From an uncultured Clostridia bacterium (GTDB lineage Bacteria > Bacillota > Clostridia > TANB77 > CAG-508): a DNA stretch of 64,000 bases. Below are positions 29,786 to 37,476 of the stretch, piece after piece; position 1 is the stretch's first letter; the number at the start of each line of letters is the position of its first letter. Below the pieces are notes generated by a model that was given only the letters and a program-made list of their open reading frames with translations, had not been told where the DNA came from and made no database searches. The DNA is taken from positions 649-64,648 of the forward strand of contig CAUWEX010000004.1 in the NCBI GenBank assembly GCA_963557965.1, given 5' to 3'. A program made the translations under genes and the position numbers.

Positions 29786-30359
29786 TTCTATTATCTCCGT
29801 TTCTATTAGATTTTAATAAATTAGCTAATATTAGTTCCAAATTAGAAAGAACATTAATTAGGCTTATTTCAAAATTATGATTATTAATATTTTTAAAATA
29901 ATTTTCTCTACTTCGACTTTCTTCAAAATCTCTTTCATATACTGATGAGACTTTTTGATTATTAGCTTGAGAAATATACAAAGTAGCTGAAGGGGGAAGA
30001 GGACTTTTATTTATTAAGTCTTTAGTAAACCATATAATATCTTCTTGTGATAACGAATTAAATTCACGTTCTTGAGGGTCAATATTTACGAGTATGAGAT
30101 CTCCTCTAATACTTCTAAAAGGCAGCACAATATTAGCTTTTCTATATTTCATTAATTTACTGTTATTACAAATTATATAAGAACCTTCATAAGGGATAAT
30201 ATCAAGATTTCTTTTTACAATTGCTTTTTTTAGAGTAGATATATTTTTTATAATTTTTACATGTGGAGTTTGACCAACTTTTTTATATATAACTCTAACA
30301 GGAAAGCTATTACGCGATTTATTAAGAAGTCGTGTAGATATTTCTTTTTTATTCATCAC
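29778..30359 (-). CDS. Hypothetical protein, DUF3846-like N-terminal domain
   Basis: VRVIYKKVGQTPHVKII...IICNNSKLMKYRKANIVLP...IRGDLILVNID...SLSQEDI resembles the DUF3846 pattern seen on conjugative/mobilizable elements. This is recalled from memory, not searched. Confidence 0.4.
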   Translation of the reverse strand: MMNKKEISTRLLNKSRNSFPVRVIYKKVGQTPHVKIIKNISTLKKAIVKRNLDIIPYEGSYIICNNSKLMKYRKANIVLPFRSIRGDLILVNIDPQEREFNSLSQEDIIWFTKDLINKSPLPPSATLYISQANNQKVSSVYERDFEESRSRENYFKNINNHNFEISLINVLSNLELILANLLKSNRNGDNRNE

Positions 30360-30763
30360 ATTTTACCACCTTGTTGTATTTTATTAGCTTTATATAAAAG
30401 TTCTAAGTTATGTTTAAAATGAGCTATACCTTTTGAACGTAATTTGATAACTTGGTTTTTAGATAATTGTAAGTTTTTACATATATCATTTAGCCTAAGA
30501 TTTTCTATATAAGAGAGATATAGTACTTTTCTTTCGATAAGTGGAACGATTTTCATTGCTAAATAATAAGTTTCATTTGTAAAGATATTTTCTAAATGAT
30601 TGATATTAACATCTGCATTATTTACTTTTTCCATTGAATTTTTATAATAGTTATTTTCTATCATCTGTACAATTGCTTCTGTTTCGAGAACTGTTTCAAC
30701 AATTGAATTAAATTCTTTTCTATCTTTTGTTGGTTGTACGTTTTTACTTTTTTGATTTTTCAT
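30356..30763 (-). CDS. Sigma-70 region-4-like small regulator (Tn916 Orf7-like)
   Basis: LSYIENLRLNDICKNLQLSKNQVIKLRSKGIAHFK is a region-4 HTH. The position upstream of xis-int matches Tn916-family regulatory modules. Confidence 0.6.
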   Translation of the reverse strand: MKNQKSKNVQPTKDRKEFNSIVETVLETEAIVQMIENNYYKNSMEKVNNADVNINHLENIFTNETYYLAMKIVPLIERKVLYLSYIENLRLNDICKNLQLSKNQVIKLRSKGIAHFKHNLELLYKANKIQQGGKM

Positions 30764-31102
30764 TTTCTAAAACCTCTTTTCTAAAATTTAGATTTCTAGA
30801 AATCTTTTTGTTGTTCGAACTGGCTATATAATAAACTAAATAACTGCTAAAATGTATTTTTGTAAGGTTTTTCACTAAAATGTATGAATTTGTAAGGAGA
30901 AGTAAGAGTTTGTAAGAACATGTAAGAAAACAAAGAAAATGTAAAGACTGGAAAGGTGCTAAAACAAGCATGGTGCAGCGATTTTTTTTAATGTTTTACG
31001 ACAAAAAATAAAAAATGCCTAAAACCTAGTCTATAACTAAGTTCTAAGCATTTTGGCTGTTAATGATATTATATAAATATTTGAAAGTATTATTGATATA
31101 TT

Positions 31103-31822
31103 TTATATATTTTCAAAATCATATGTATCTGTAATATCAAGATACAATATATTAGTTTTATTTAAGGTTTCTTTTTCTACATCAGTAATTTTTAGTTTTT
31201 CTAATAATTCGTCTGTAAATGCTATATCATCTTTTGATAGAATACATTTTCTAATACTAGGCACATATTCGCCATTGGTACAATGGAAAGTTCCTAACAT
31301 TAATTTATTAGTACCATCAACTATATTTACTATAAGATGTGAAAGTTCAAAACGTAAGTTGTTTTCTTTGTGATTTTCAAAAACAAATGTTGCTATGTGG
31401 TGGTCCGCTTGTAAGTATCCTGATAGATAAATGAAGTCTGTTTTATAGTCTAAAAAATCTACTTTGCACATATCAGGCTTTTGTGTGAGTTTTAATTTGA
31501 AGCGTGCTTTTGCATATTTCTTTGATTTTGGGTAATATGCGATATAGTATAAATAAAGCATATCAGTTTCAAATGGGTTTATACTAGTTTCACTATTATT
31601 AATTTTTCTTTGACTATTAAAAAGTTCATATTCATAAATTCCTAATGTATCACATATTAGAGAAATGTGTTCAGCATTTGGAATAATTTCGCCATTTTCA
31701 TATCTAGCAATTGTAGCTGTAGTTTTTCCAATAGCCATTGCTAGATTTTCTTGACTAAGCCCTTTGAGCTTTCGATACTTTTTAATATTTTGACCAAAAT
31801 CTTTACTATTAAAACAAGACAT
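31103..31822 (-). CDS. XRE-family HTH transcriptional regulator with C-terminal uncharacterised domain
   Basis: N-terminal IKKYRKLKGLSQENLAMAIGKTTATIARYENGEIIP is a Cro/C1-type HTH. Confidence 0.85.
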   Translation of the reverse strand: MSCFNSKDFGQNIKKYRKLKGLSQENLAMAIGKTTATIARYENGEIIPNAEHISLICDTLGIYEYELFNSQRKINNSETSINPFETDMLYLYYIAYYPKSKKYAKARFKLKLTQKPDMCKVDFLDYKTDFIYLSGYLQADHHIATFVFENHKENNLRFELSHLIVNIVDGTNKLMLGTFHCTNGEYVPSIRKCILSKDDIAFTDELLEKLKITDVEKETLNKTNILYLDITDTYDFENI

Positions 31823-31888
31823 AAGATCACCTCATAAATAAGTTATAATAATATTATAACACAGGTAGACATAACATTACAATAAAAA

Positions 31889-31917
31889 TTGAAATATTTA
31901 CCATAATATGGTATAAT
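31889..31917 (+). promoter_or_regulatory. Near-consensus sigma-A promoter with extended -10 (TTGAAA-17-TGgTATAAT), divergent from the XRE regulator
   Basis: TTGAAA 31889-31894, 17-nt spacer ending in TGG, TATAAT 31912-31917. A hairpin terminator GGGAGAAA/TTTCTCCC at 32167-32186 lies ~255 nt downstream. Confidence 0.6.
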
Positions 31918-32323
31918 TAAATTACTATATAGTAAAAGGAATGGCAAAAGCTGTTTTACAAGTTGCAATACTTGTGTTCAATAATGATTTGAAGTTCAAG
32001 AATTGCAACTGCTCGTACACCTCGAGATATGCTAAACTTTGTTATCTTCTCTTAATCATAATTGGATTTTTGCTTATAGAATATAAGAGAGAGGAGAGTA
32101 ACAGATGGAACATGAATTTTGTATTGGTGGACGGAAGCCCAGGAGCTTAAGCCGTTCGACAGTAAAGGGAGAAATAATTTTCTCCCAATATTTTTGTGAT
32201 AAGTAATTAGATAAAATTTAATCAATTACTTGTTTTTTAGTAGGATATATAGTATAGTAGAATTTATAGGAAATGAGAATAAGCAGATGTGGTTTGCCTC
32301 CTACATAAGAGGAGGTGAGGCGT

Positions 32324-32446
32324 ATGGTAGAAGTACAAGTATTATTATTAATAATTAAATTACTTTTTGCTGGTCTAGTATCAGTAACTATCATTGCGTT
32401 TGCCTTGATTATAGCAATAGTTGTAATTATTAGCAAACAAAAATAA
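32324..32446 (+). CDS. Type I toxin-like hydrophobic peptide (40 aa), not in the ORF track
   Basis: MVEVQVLLLIIKLLFAGLVSVTIIAFALIIAIVVIISKQK. Strong SD AGGAGG (32310-32315) is paired with upstream CCTCCT (32297-32302) in a 6-bp hairpin. Promoter TTGTTT-17-TATAGT at 32230-32258. Confidence 0.5.
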   Translation: MVEVQVLLLIIKLLFAGLVSVTIIAFALIIAIVVIISKQK

Positions 32447-32524
32447 CCAATAAAAAAACACATCTGTAACTTGTGAAGTGCACCCAAAAAATTAGACAAA
32501 AAATCTAATTTTGGAGGTGCATTT

Positions 32525-33052
32525 TTGATGTCAAAAAAAATATATACAACAGACATTAAATTACAAGTAGTAAAATATGTCGTTGATGAGAAACATTCAA
32601 TAGGTGAAGCAGTTGAACATTTTAAAATTCCTTATCAATCAATGAGAATGTGGATAAAACACTACGAGCATATTGGTATAACGGGATTATCCATAAAAAA
32701 TGAAAAATATACTGGTGCTTTTAAGGTTTCTGTAGTAAAATATATGTATGAAAATAAATTATCTTTAGTTGCAACAGCAGTACATTTTTCAATACCAGAC
32801 CATACTATTGTAAGAGCTTGGAAAAAAATATATGATAATAAGGGACCTATGTATCTACTGCAAGAGCAACGAGGAAGGTCTAAAAAAAGTAAAATGAAAT
32901 CAAAAAAAGTGAAGAAGATTAAAGAGGAAAATAACTTAACAGAAAAAGAATTATTGAAAAGAATACAATATTTAGAAACGGAGAATGCTTACTTAAAAAA
33001 ATTGAATGCCTTAATTCAAGAGAAGGAAAAATCAAAGAAAGAGATAAAGTAA
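32525..33052 (+). CDS. IS3-family transposase OrfA (HTH plus leucine zipper)
   Basis: HTH N-terminus and a C-terminal heptad region LLKRIQYLETENAYLKKLNALIQEKE. Slippery heptamer A AAA AAA at 32995-33001. Confidence 0.9.
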   Translation: MMSKKIYTTDIKLQVVKYVVDEKHSIGEAVEHFKIPYQSMRMWIKHYEHIGITGLSIKNEKYTGAFKVSVVKYMYENKLSLVATAVHFSIPDHTIVRAWKKIYDNKGPMYLLQEQRGRSKKSKMKSKKVKKIKEENNLTEKELLKRIQYLETENAYLKKLNALIQEKEKSKKEIK

Positions 33053-33084
33053 AGACCATCAATGAATTAAGGCAAAAATATAAT

Positions 33085-33906
33085 TTGATGGTATTATTAA
33101 AAATTGCTGGAGTAACTAGAAGTACATTCTATTATCATTTGAATCGAATGAAAGAACCGGATAAATATAAAGAAATTAAAGAAGAAATAAAAACAATATT
33201 TTTCGAGAATAAAGGAAGATATGGATATAGAAGAATATTATTAGAATTAAGAAATAGAGGATTTAATATAAATCATAAAACAGTATTAAGGTTGATGAAA
33301 GAATTAGGTTTAAAGAGTATTCAAAGACCTAAAAGGAGATATAATTCATATAAAGGAACCATAGGAAAAATAGCTGACAATATTCTAAATAGGAATTTTA
33401 ATGCAGAAAAGCCTAATGAAAAATGGGTTACTGATGTAACAGAGTTTAAGATAAATAATGAAAAACTTTATTTATCACCTATTATTGATTTATTTAATGG
33501 AGAGGTAATAAGTTATAATCTTTCACGACATCCTGTATTTCAACAAGTAGTTGATATGATAGAAAAGGCATTTAAAAAAATACCTGACAATACAAACCTA
33601 ATCCTACATTCAGACCAAGGTTGGCAATATCAAATGAAACAATATCAGAATATGCTTCAAGAAAAAGGTGTTAGACAAAGTATGTCAAGAAAAGGAACTT
33701 GTTTAGATAATAGCTTAGCAGAGAATTTTTTTGGAATATTAAAATCAGAATTGTACTATGTTAAAGAAAAAGAGTACAATAGTGTAGAAGAATTAGAAAA
33801 AGATATAATAGAATATATAGAGTATTATAATAATAGGAGAATAAAGAGTAAACTAAAAGGAATGACTCCTGTTCAATACAGAATTCATTCCCAAAATGTT
33901 GCTTAA
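33085..33906 (+). CDS. IS3-family transposase OrfB (DDE/rve catalytic domain), expressed as an OrfAB -1 frameshift fusion
   Basis: WVTDVTEF...HSDQGWQY...DNSLAENFFGILKSE is the DDE(K) pattern. The -1 frame is open from the slippery site (KKIECLNSREGKIKERDKVKTINELRQKYNL) into this ORF. Confidence 0.9.
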   Translation: MMVLLKIAGVTRSTFYYHLNRMKEPDKYKEIKEEIKTIFFENKGRYGYRRILLELRNRGFNINHKTVLRLMKELGLKSIQRPKRRYNSYKGTIGKIADNILNRNFNAEKPNEKWVTDVTEFKINNEKLYLSPIIDLFNGEVISYNLSRHPVFQQVVDMIEKAFKKIPDNTNLILHSDQGWQYQMKQYQNMLQEKGVRQSMSRKGTCLDNSLAENFFGILKSELYYVKEKEYNSVEELEKDIIEYIEYYNNRRIKSKLKGMTPVQYRIHSQNVA

Positions 33907-33947
33907 TACTAAATCAAAAAAATGTCCAATTTTTTGGGTTCAGTACA

Positions 33948-34012
33948 CTTGGCGGTTCAATGTGTTTTTTTAACATATAACTGGCAAACCACTTTGTGGT
34001 TTCTCCATTTCC
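33948..34012 (-). ncRNA. Candidate antitoxin sRNA, convergent to the type I toxin, driven by a perfect consensus promoter
   Basis: Minus-strand TTGACA (34043-34048), 17-nt spacer, TATAAT (34020-34025). The predicted RNA ggaaauggagAAACCACaaaGUGGUUUgcc... runs toward the split terminator. GGAG-AAACCAC is complementary to GUGGUUUgcCUCC in the toxin 5' UTR (32288-32300). Confidence 0.35.
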
Positions 34013-34281
34013 TATCTTTATTATATACAACTTTTTTATTATTGTCAAATAATATTCAAATTATATTTTTGTGTTACGTAAAACGTAATATTTTGTAATT
34101 TTAATATATTGTTATGGTATTTTAACTAAATTATAAAAAATAATATAAAAATGAACCTAAAAATTTGCACAAGAGGCAAAAACTATTGCATCTTATGCAA
34201 ATTTATTAATTTTGAAAAATATATGTAAACCTGTTATATTCATAATACTAAAATATAGGTAAATTGAATATACTATAGGGG

Positions 34282-34638
34282 ATGTTAAAATTGGAAACAA
34301 CAATAGTAATTTATAATATAATAAGAAAACTAGGAATAATACCTACACTAAAGGGGAGTAAGTTATTAGTAAAAGCAATTGAAATTCTAATAGCTAATGA
34401 AAATGAATTTATTGTTTTTGAGGATTTATATAAAATAATAGCCATGCATTATAGCCACTCTAATAGTGTACAAATTAGAAATGCAATTAAATATGCAATA
34501 GATAATAGAGATGAAAACAAAGCGATTACAAATTTTGAAAAGATTTTTGGTTATGAATATAGCCCATATTATTTTACTAATAAAACTATAATAGAAGAAA
34601 TTGCAAGAATAATAAGAATAGGGGATATTCTTACTTAG
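34282..34638 (+). CDS. Stand-alone Spo0A C-terminal (DNA-binding effector) domain protein, no receiver domain
   Basis: IIRKLGIIPTLKGSKLLVKAIEILI...LYKIIAMHY...VQIRNAIKYAI...FEKIFGY...TNKTIIEEIARII follows the Spo0A_C pattern (GVP.HlKGy.YL..AI, LY..IA, RAIRHAI, LFGY, TNSEFIA). Confidence 0.7.
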   Translation: MLKLETTIVIYNIIRKLGIIPTLKGSKLLVKAIEILIANENEFIVFEDLYKIIAMHYSHSNSVQIRNAIKYAIDNRDENKAITNFEKIFGYEYSPYYFTNKTIIEEIARIIRIGDILT

Positions 34639-34751
34639 AATTTTTTATATAATGTACTAAAAAAGAAATAATCGAAAAATGTTGACAAATTTGAAAGGCT
34701 TGTATAAAATAAATATGTAAAAAAAAAGAAACAAAAGAGGATGAATAAAAA

Positions 34752-34880
34752 ATGAAAGAAACAACTGATGCAAGCCTTGTGGCTGTAAGAGAGAGAGAGA
34801 GAGAGAGCTATACTTTACTAAATCAAAGAATAGCTTTAAAAATAGATGTTTTAAAAAGGATAGCAATAGAACCTGAATAA
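34752..34880 (+). CDS. Hypothetical 42-aa ORF containing an (AG)10 microsatellite, with its own promoter and terminator
   Basis: Promoter TTGACA 34682-34687, 17-nt spacer, TAAAAT 34705-34710. RBS AGAGGA. MKETTDASLVAVRERERESYTLLNQRIALKIDVLKRIAIEPE. Terminator aacctgaataaatcaggttttt. Coding status is uncertain. Confidence 0.3.
   Translation: MKETTDASLVAVRERERESYTLLNQRIALKIDVLKRIAIEPE
34788..34807 (+). repeat. (AG)10 dinucleotide microsatellite
   Basis: agagagagagagagagagag read directly. It is the only long dinucleotide tract I noticed in the window. Confidence 0.95.
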
Positions 34881-35035
34881 ATCAGGTTTTTGTTGCTGTC
34901 TTTTTTCGTGAGAAAAAACAAGTTAGTGAGTAGCAATGCTAAAAAGTAGAGTTCAAGCTAAAACTTATTTTCTCATATAAAATAGTTATTAAATTTTTAA
35001 ATTTTAAAATATAAAAAAATAAAGGAGGAAAAAAC

Positions 35036-36265
35036 ATGAAAGAAAAATTAAAAGGAAGGAAAGGTATTACACTAATTGCGTTAGTAATAACACTAATCGT
35101 GTTATTAATTTTAGCGGGTGTATCTATAGCAATGCTAACAGGAGAAAATGGAATATTAACACAAGCAACAAGTGCAAAAGAAAAAACAGAAAAGGCGGGA
35201 ATAATAGAAAGGGCACAAACAGACTTATTAGGACAACAAGTAAAAACAACAGATGGACAAGTAACTAAACCAATGTTAAAGGCAGTACTGGATACATATT
35301 TTAGTGATGTACCTGAAGCAGATGCAATAGAGTTAAGTACAGAACTAACATCTAAAGAAGGAAATTATAAAATACAAGTATCAGAAATTTATAATGGAAC
35401 ATTTGGAACAGGGGAAAAGCCAACAGGAGGAATATCAAGTTCAGAAATAGCAAATGCAGCAGATAAAAGCGAATATTATGGAGCGATAGTAAATGGGTAT
35501 GAACTACCAAGTGGAACAAATACAGATGTAAAATGGAAAATATTTTACGCAGATGAAAGTAATATTTATTTAATAGCAGATAATTATGTAGAAAAAGTAA
35601 ATTTACCAAATAGTACAACAGAAGCAGGGGTAACGATAGAGGGAGCAAACCACAAGCCAAATGATGGAAATAGCAGTTATCCGAGAGCAGCATATTTTAG
35701 TAATATACTAGGAGATTATGCCGGTTCAGCAAGGATAACAGACAGAAAATTAAAAGCATTAAATAATAGCTATTTTAATGAAAATAATTTTACAAGTACA
35801 AATAATAATATGAAATCAGTAGCATATATGATGGATACAAACGCTTGGAACAGTAAATTTAAAGATGTAAATAATAAGGCAGAATATGTAATTGGTGGAC
35901 CAACAGTAGAAATGTTAATGAAATCATATAGTCAAAAACATGGAGTAGATTATCAAGCAAGGGCAGAAAATGCTACAGGATATAAAATAAGTAACGATGG
36001 AGGAACAAGCTGGGAATATTATTATTCAGGAATGTTAGATACAAGTGATAGCTTATATGTAATAAGCTCACAGAGCGATGCTTATGGAATGTGGGTGGCT
36101 AGTCCCTCTGCCGATGGCGCTGCCTATGTAATGAGTGTGCGCTGCAGCGGCGGTGTGATCTATAGCAGCTATATCAATGACTACTATGGGTTCCGTCCGC
36201 TAGTTTCTCTAAAATCTGATGTCCAACTTCAAAAAAATGAAGACGGAACATATACAATACTATAA
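35036..36265 (+). CDS. DGR target protein: pilin-like N-terminus plus C-terminal C-type-lectin-fold (DUF1566/FGE-like) variable domain
   Basis: MKEKLKGRKG-ITLIALVITLIVLLILAGVSIAML N-terminus. C-terminus WVASPSADGAAYVMSVRCSGGVIYSSYINDYYGFRPLVSL is encoded by the VR, which matches the TR. Confidence 0.9.
   Translation: MKEKLKGRKGITLIALVITLIVLLILAGVSIAMLTGENGILTQATSAKEKTEKAGIIERAQTDLLGQQVKTTDGQVTKPMLKAVLDTYFSDVPEADAIELSTELTSKEGNYKIQVSEIYNGTFGTGEKPTGGISSSEIANAADKSEYYGAIVNGYELPSGTNTDVKWKIFYADESNIYLIADNYVEKVNLPNSTTEAGVTIEGANHKPNDGNSSYPRAAYFSNILGDYAGSARITDRKLKALNNSYFNENNFTSTNNNMKSVAYMMDTNAWNSKFKDVNNKAEYVIGGPTVEMLMKSYSQKHGVDYQARAENATGYKISNDGGTSWEYYYSGMLDTSDSLYVISSQSDAYGMWVASPSADGAAYVMSVRCSGGVIYSSYINDYYGFRPLVSLKSDVQLQKNEDGTYTIL
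36092..36208 (+). other. DGR variable region (VR)
   Basis: 117 nt colinear with TR 37167-37283. There are 22 differences, every one at a TR adenine, plus one C/T difference near the 3' edge after the GC-rich gggttccgtccgctag block. Confidence 0.93.
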
Positions 36266-36338
36266 GATGGGCGAAAAAATAAAAAATAAAGAATAGTGGG
36301 AACAGGCCTAGTGTCTGTTGCCACTAAAGGGGTTATAA

Positions 36339-36788
36339 ATGAGTGTTATAAGTATGGCAAGAGATATAAAAAAGGTTCATCCAAATGATACTGTAATGTA
36401 TAAGGTGGGAAACTTTGTACAAGCATTTGGAAAGGATGCATATGTATTATCTTATATATTCGACTATAAATTGAGAAATACCAAAGATAATATCCAAACA
36501 TGCGGATTTCCTAAAAATGCTATACCAAAAGTTATGAGCAAATTAGAACAAAAGAAGGTTAATTATATCATTATAGATACAAGGAATAATTATGAAGTTG
36601 ATGAAACTTTTGACAATAAAAATTTAAATAGTTATGAAGAAACAAGTAAAAAAGCTCAAAAGTATATAAAAATAAAGAAAAGAATTCAAAAAATAGAAGA
36701 AGAGCTGGTTGCTAATATGGATAGTATAAAAATAATGGATAAGATAAGAAAGATAGAAGAAATCGTATATGAAAACAGAAAAGTTTAA
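36339..36788 (+). CDS. DGR accessory protein with MutS domain-I-like (mismatch-binding-like) fold, MSL type
   Basis: YKVGNFVQAFGKDAYVLSYIFDYKL...TCGFPKNAIPKVMSKLEQKKVNYIIID parallels MutS domain I (GDFYELFxxDA...GVP...Y...L...GxKVAIcEQ). The Phe-x-Glu motif reads F-V-Q. Coiled-coil tail. Confidence 0.6.
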   Translation: MSVISMARDIKKVHPNDTVMYKVGNFVQAFGKDAYVLSYIFDYKLRNTKDNIQTCGFPKNAIPKVMSKLEQKKVNYIIIDTRNNYEVDETFDNKNLNSYEETSKKAQKYIKIKKRIQKIEEELVANMDSIKIMDKIRKIEEIVYENRKV

Positions 36789-37116
36789 AGTAATCCAATT
36801 TATTAGGGAATTATTAATTATTATAGATAAAAACATGGATAATTTTCCTAAAAAAGATATCGAATTAAAAAATCGAATAAGAAGTAACACATATGACCTA
36901 TTAGAGATTGCATATGAAGCTAATAGCATAGAAGATGTTAATATAAAAAATCAGCTATTAAATAAAATGATAGCAAAAATAAAAGTAATAGATTTCTTAC
37001 TAAATTTAACATATGACAAACAAATTATAACGGAAAAGAAATATTATAAACTTGGAAACAAACTTGATGATATAATAAAATATATCACTGGCTGGAAAAA
37101 TGCACTTAAAAAATAG
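36769..37116 (+). CDS. avd: DGR accessory variability determinant (Avd; four-helix bundle, 23S rRNA IVS protein family)
   Basis: 115 aa; NMDNFPKKDIELKNRIRSNTYDLLEIAYEAN...KYYKLGNKLDDIIKYITGWKNAL fits the Avd pattern. Lies immediately upstream of the TR. Confidence 0.8.
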   Translation: MKTEKFKVIQFIRELLIIIDKNMDNFPKKDIELKNRIRSNTYDLLEIAYEANSIEDVNIKNQLLNKMIAKIKVIDFLLNLTYDKQIITEKKYYKLGNKLDDIIKYITGWKNALKK

Positions 37117-37166
37117 GGTATGGTTGAATGCGTGAAAGCTCATTGCGTTTGAGGTTCGTTTTTGTT

Positions 37167-37283
37167 TGGGTGGCTAGTCCCTCTGCCAATAACACTAACA
37201 ATGTAATGAATGTGAACTACAACGGCAATGTGAACAATAACAACTATAACAATAACAACAATGGGTTCCGTCCGCTAGCTTCT
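37167..37283 (+). other. DGR template region (TR), AAY-codon rich
   Basis: tgggtggctagtccctctgcc aat aac act aac aat gta atg aat gtg aac tac aac ggc aat gtg aac aat aac aac tat aac aat aac aac aat gggttccgtccgctagcttct. Same strand as the VR. Confidence 0.93.
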
Positions 37284-37446
37284 AAAAAACTGTGGTTATA
37301 TCTACTATGGTAGAATAAGAGAAGGTTTAGATAGAAACAAACCATGTCCATTAGTTAAGACATTAACTATAAAATATAAAATAGATAATTAAATTTGTTA
37401 GTAGGTATTATTATATTCGAAAGGGAACTTAATTTAGAACTGTTTT

Positions 37447-37476
37447 AAGTAGTACATTTGATTGTACTACTTTTTT
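37447..37476. terminator. Bidirectional hairpin terminator shared by the TR transcript (+) and the RT gene (-)
   Basis: aagtagtaca tttgat tgtactactt is a perfect 10-bp stem followed by a T run. The RT stop codon (37467-37469) lies inside the stem. Confidence 0.75.

Larger units (their letters stand above)
32474..33947 (+). mobile_element. IS3-family (IS150-like) insertion sequence, apparently intact, with 4-bp target duplication CTTG
   Basis: Terminal IRs tgaagtgcacccaaaaaattagaca / (reverse complement) tgtactgaacccaaaaaattggaca. CTTG at 32470-32473 and 33948-33951. orfA/orfB with an A AAA AAA slippery site. Confidence 0.88.

Noticed and set aside
31941-32150. 69-aa ORF in the orphan transcription unit
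   Set aside because: The AGGA is directly abutting the ATG, so there is no usable spacing. The composition is odd and Cys/Asn-rich, and the ORF runs into the terminator region. It is more likely non-coding or hosts only a much smaller ORF.
32218-32556. 112-aa minus-strand ORF
   Set aside because: It is antisense to the type I toxin ORF and crosses the left IS3 boundary into the transposase start. It is an artefact of AT-rich sequence.
37128-37313. 61-aa ORF with an Asn-rich translation (…SANNTNNVMNVNYNGNVNNNNYNNNNNGFRPLAS)
   Set aside because: This is the DGR template region read as protein. The Asn richness reflects AAY codons of the TR. It has no RBS and lies in the avd-TR spacer, so it is treated as non-coding TR RNA.
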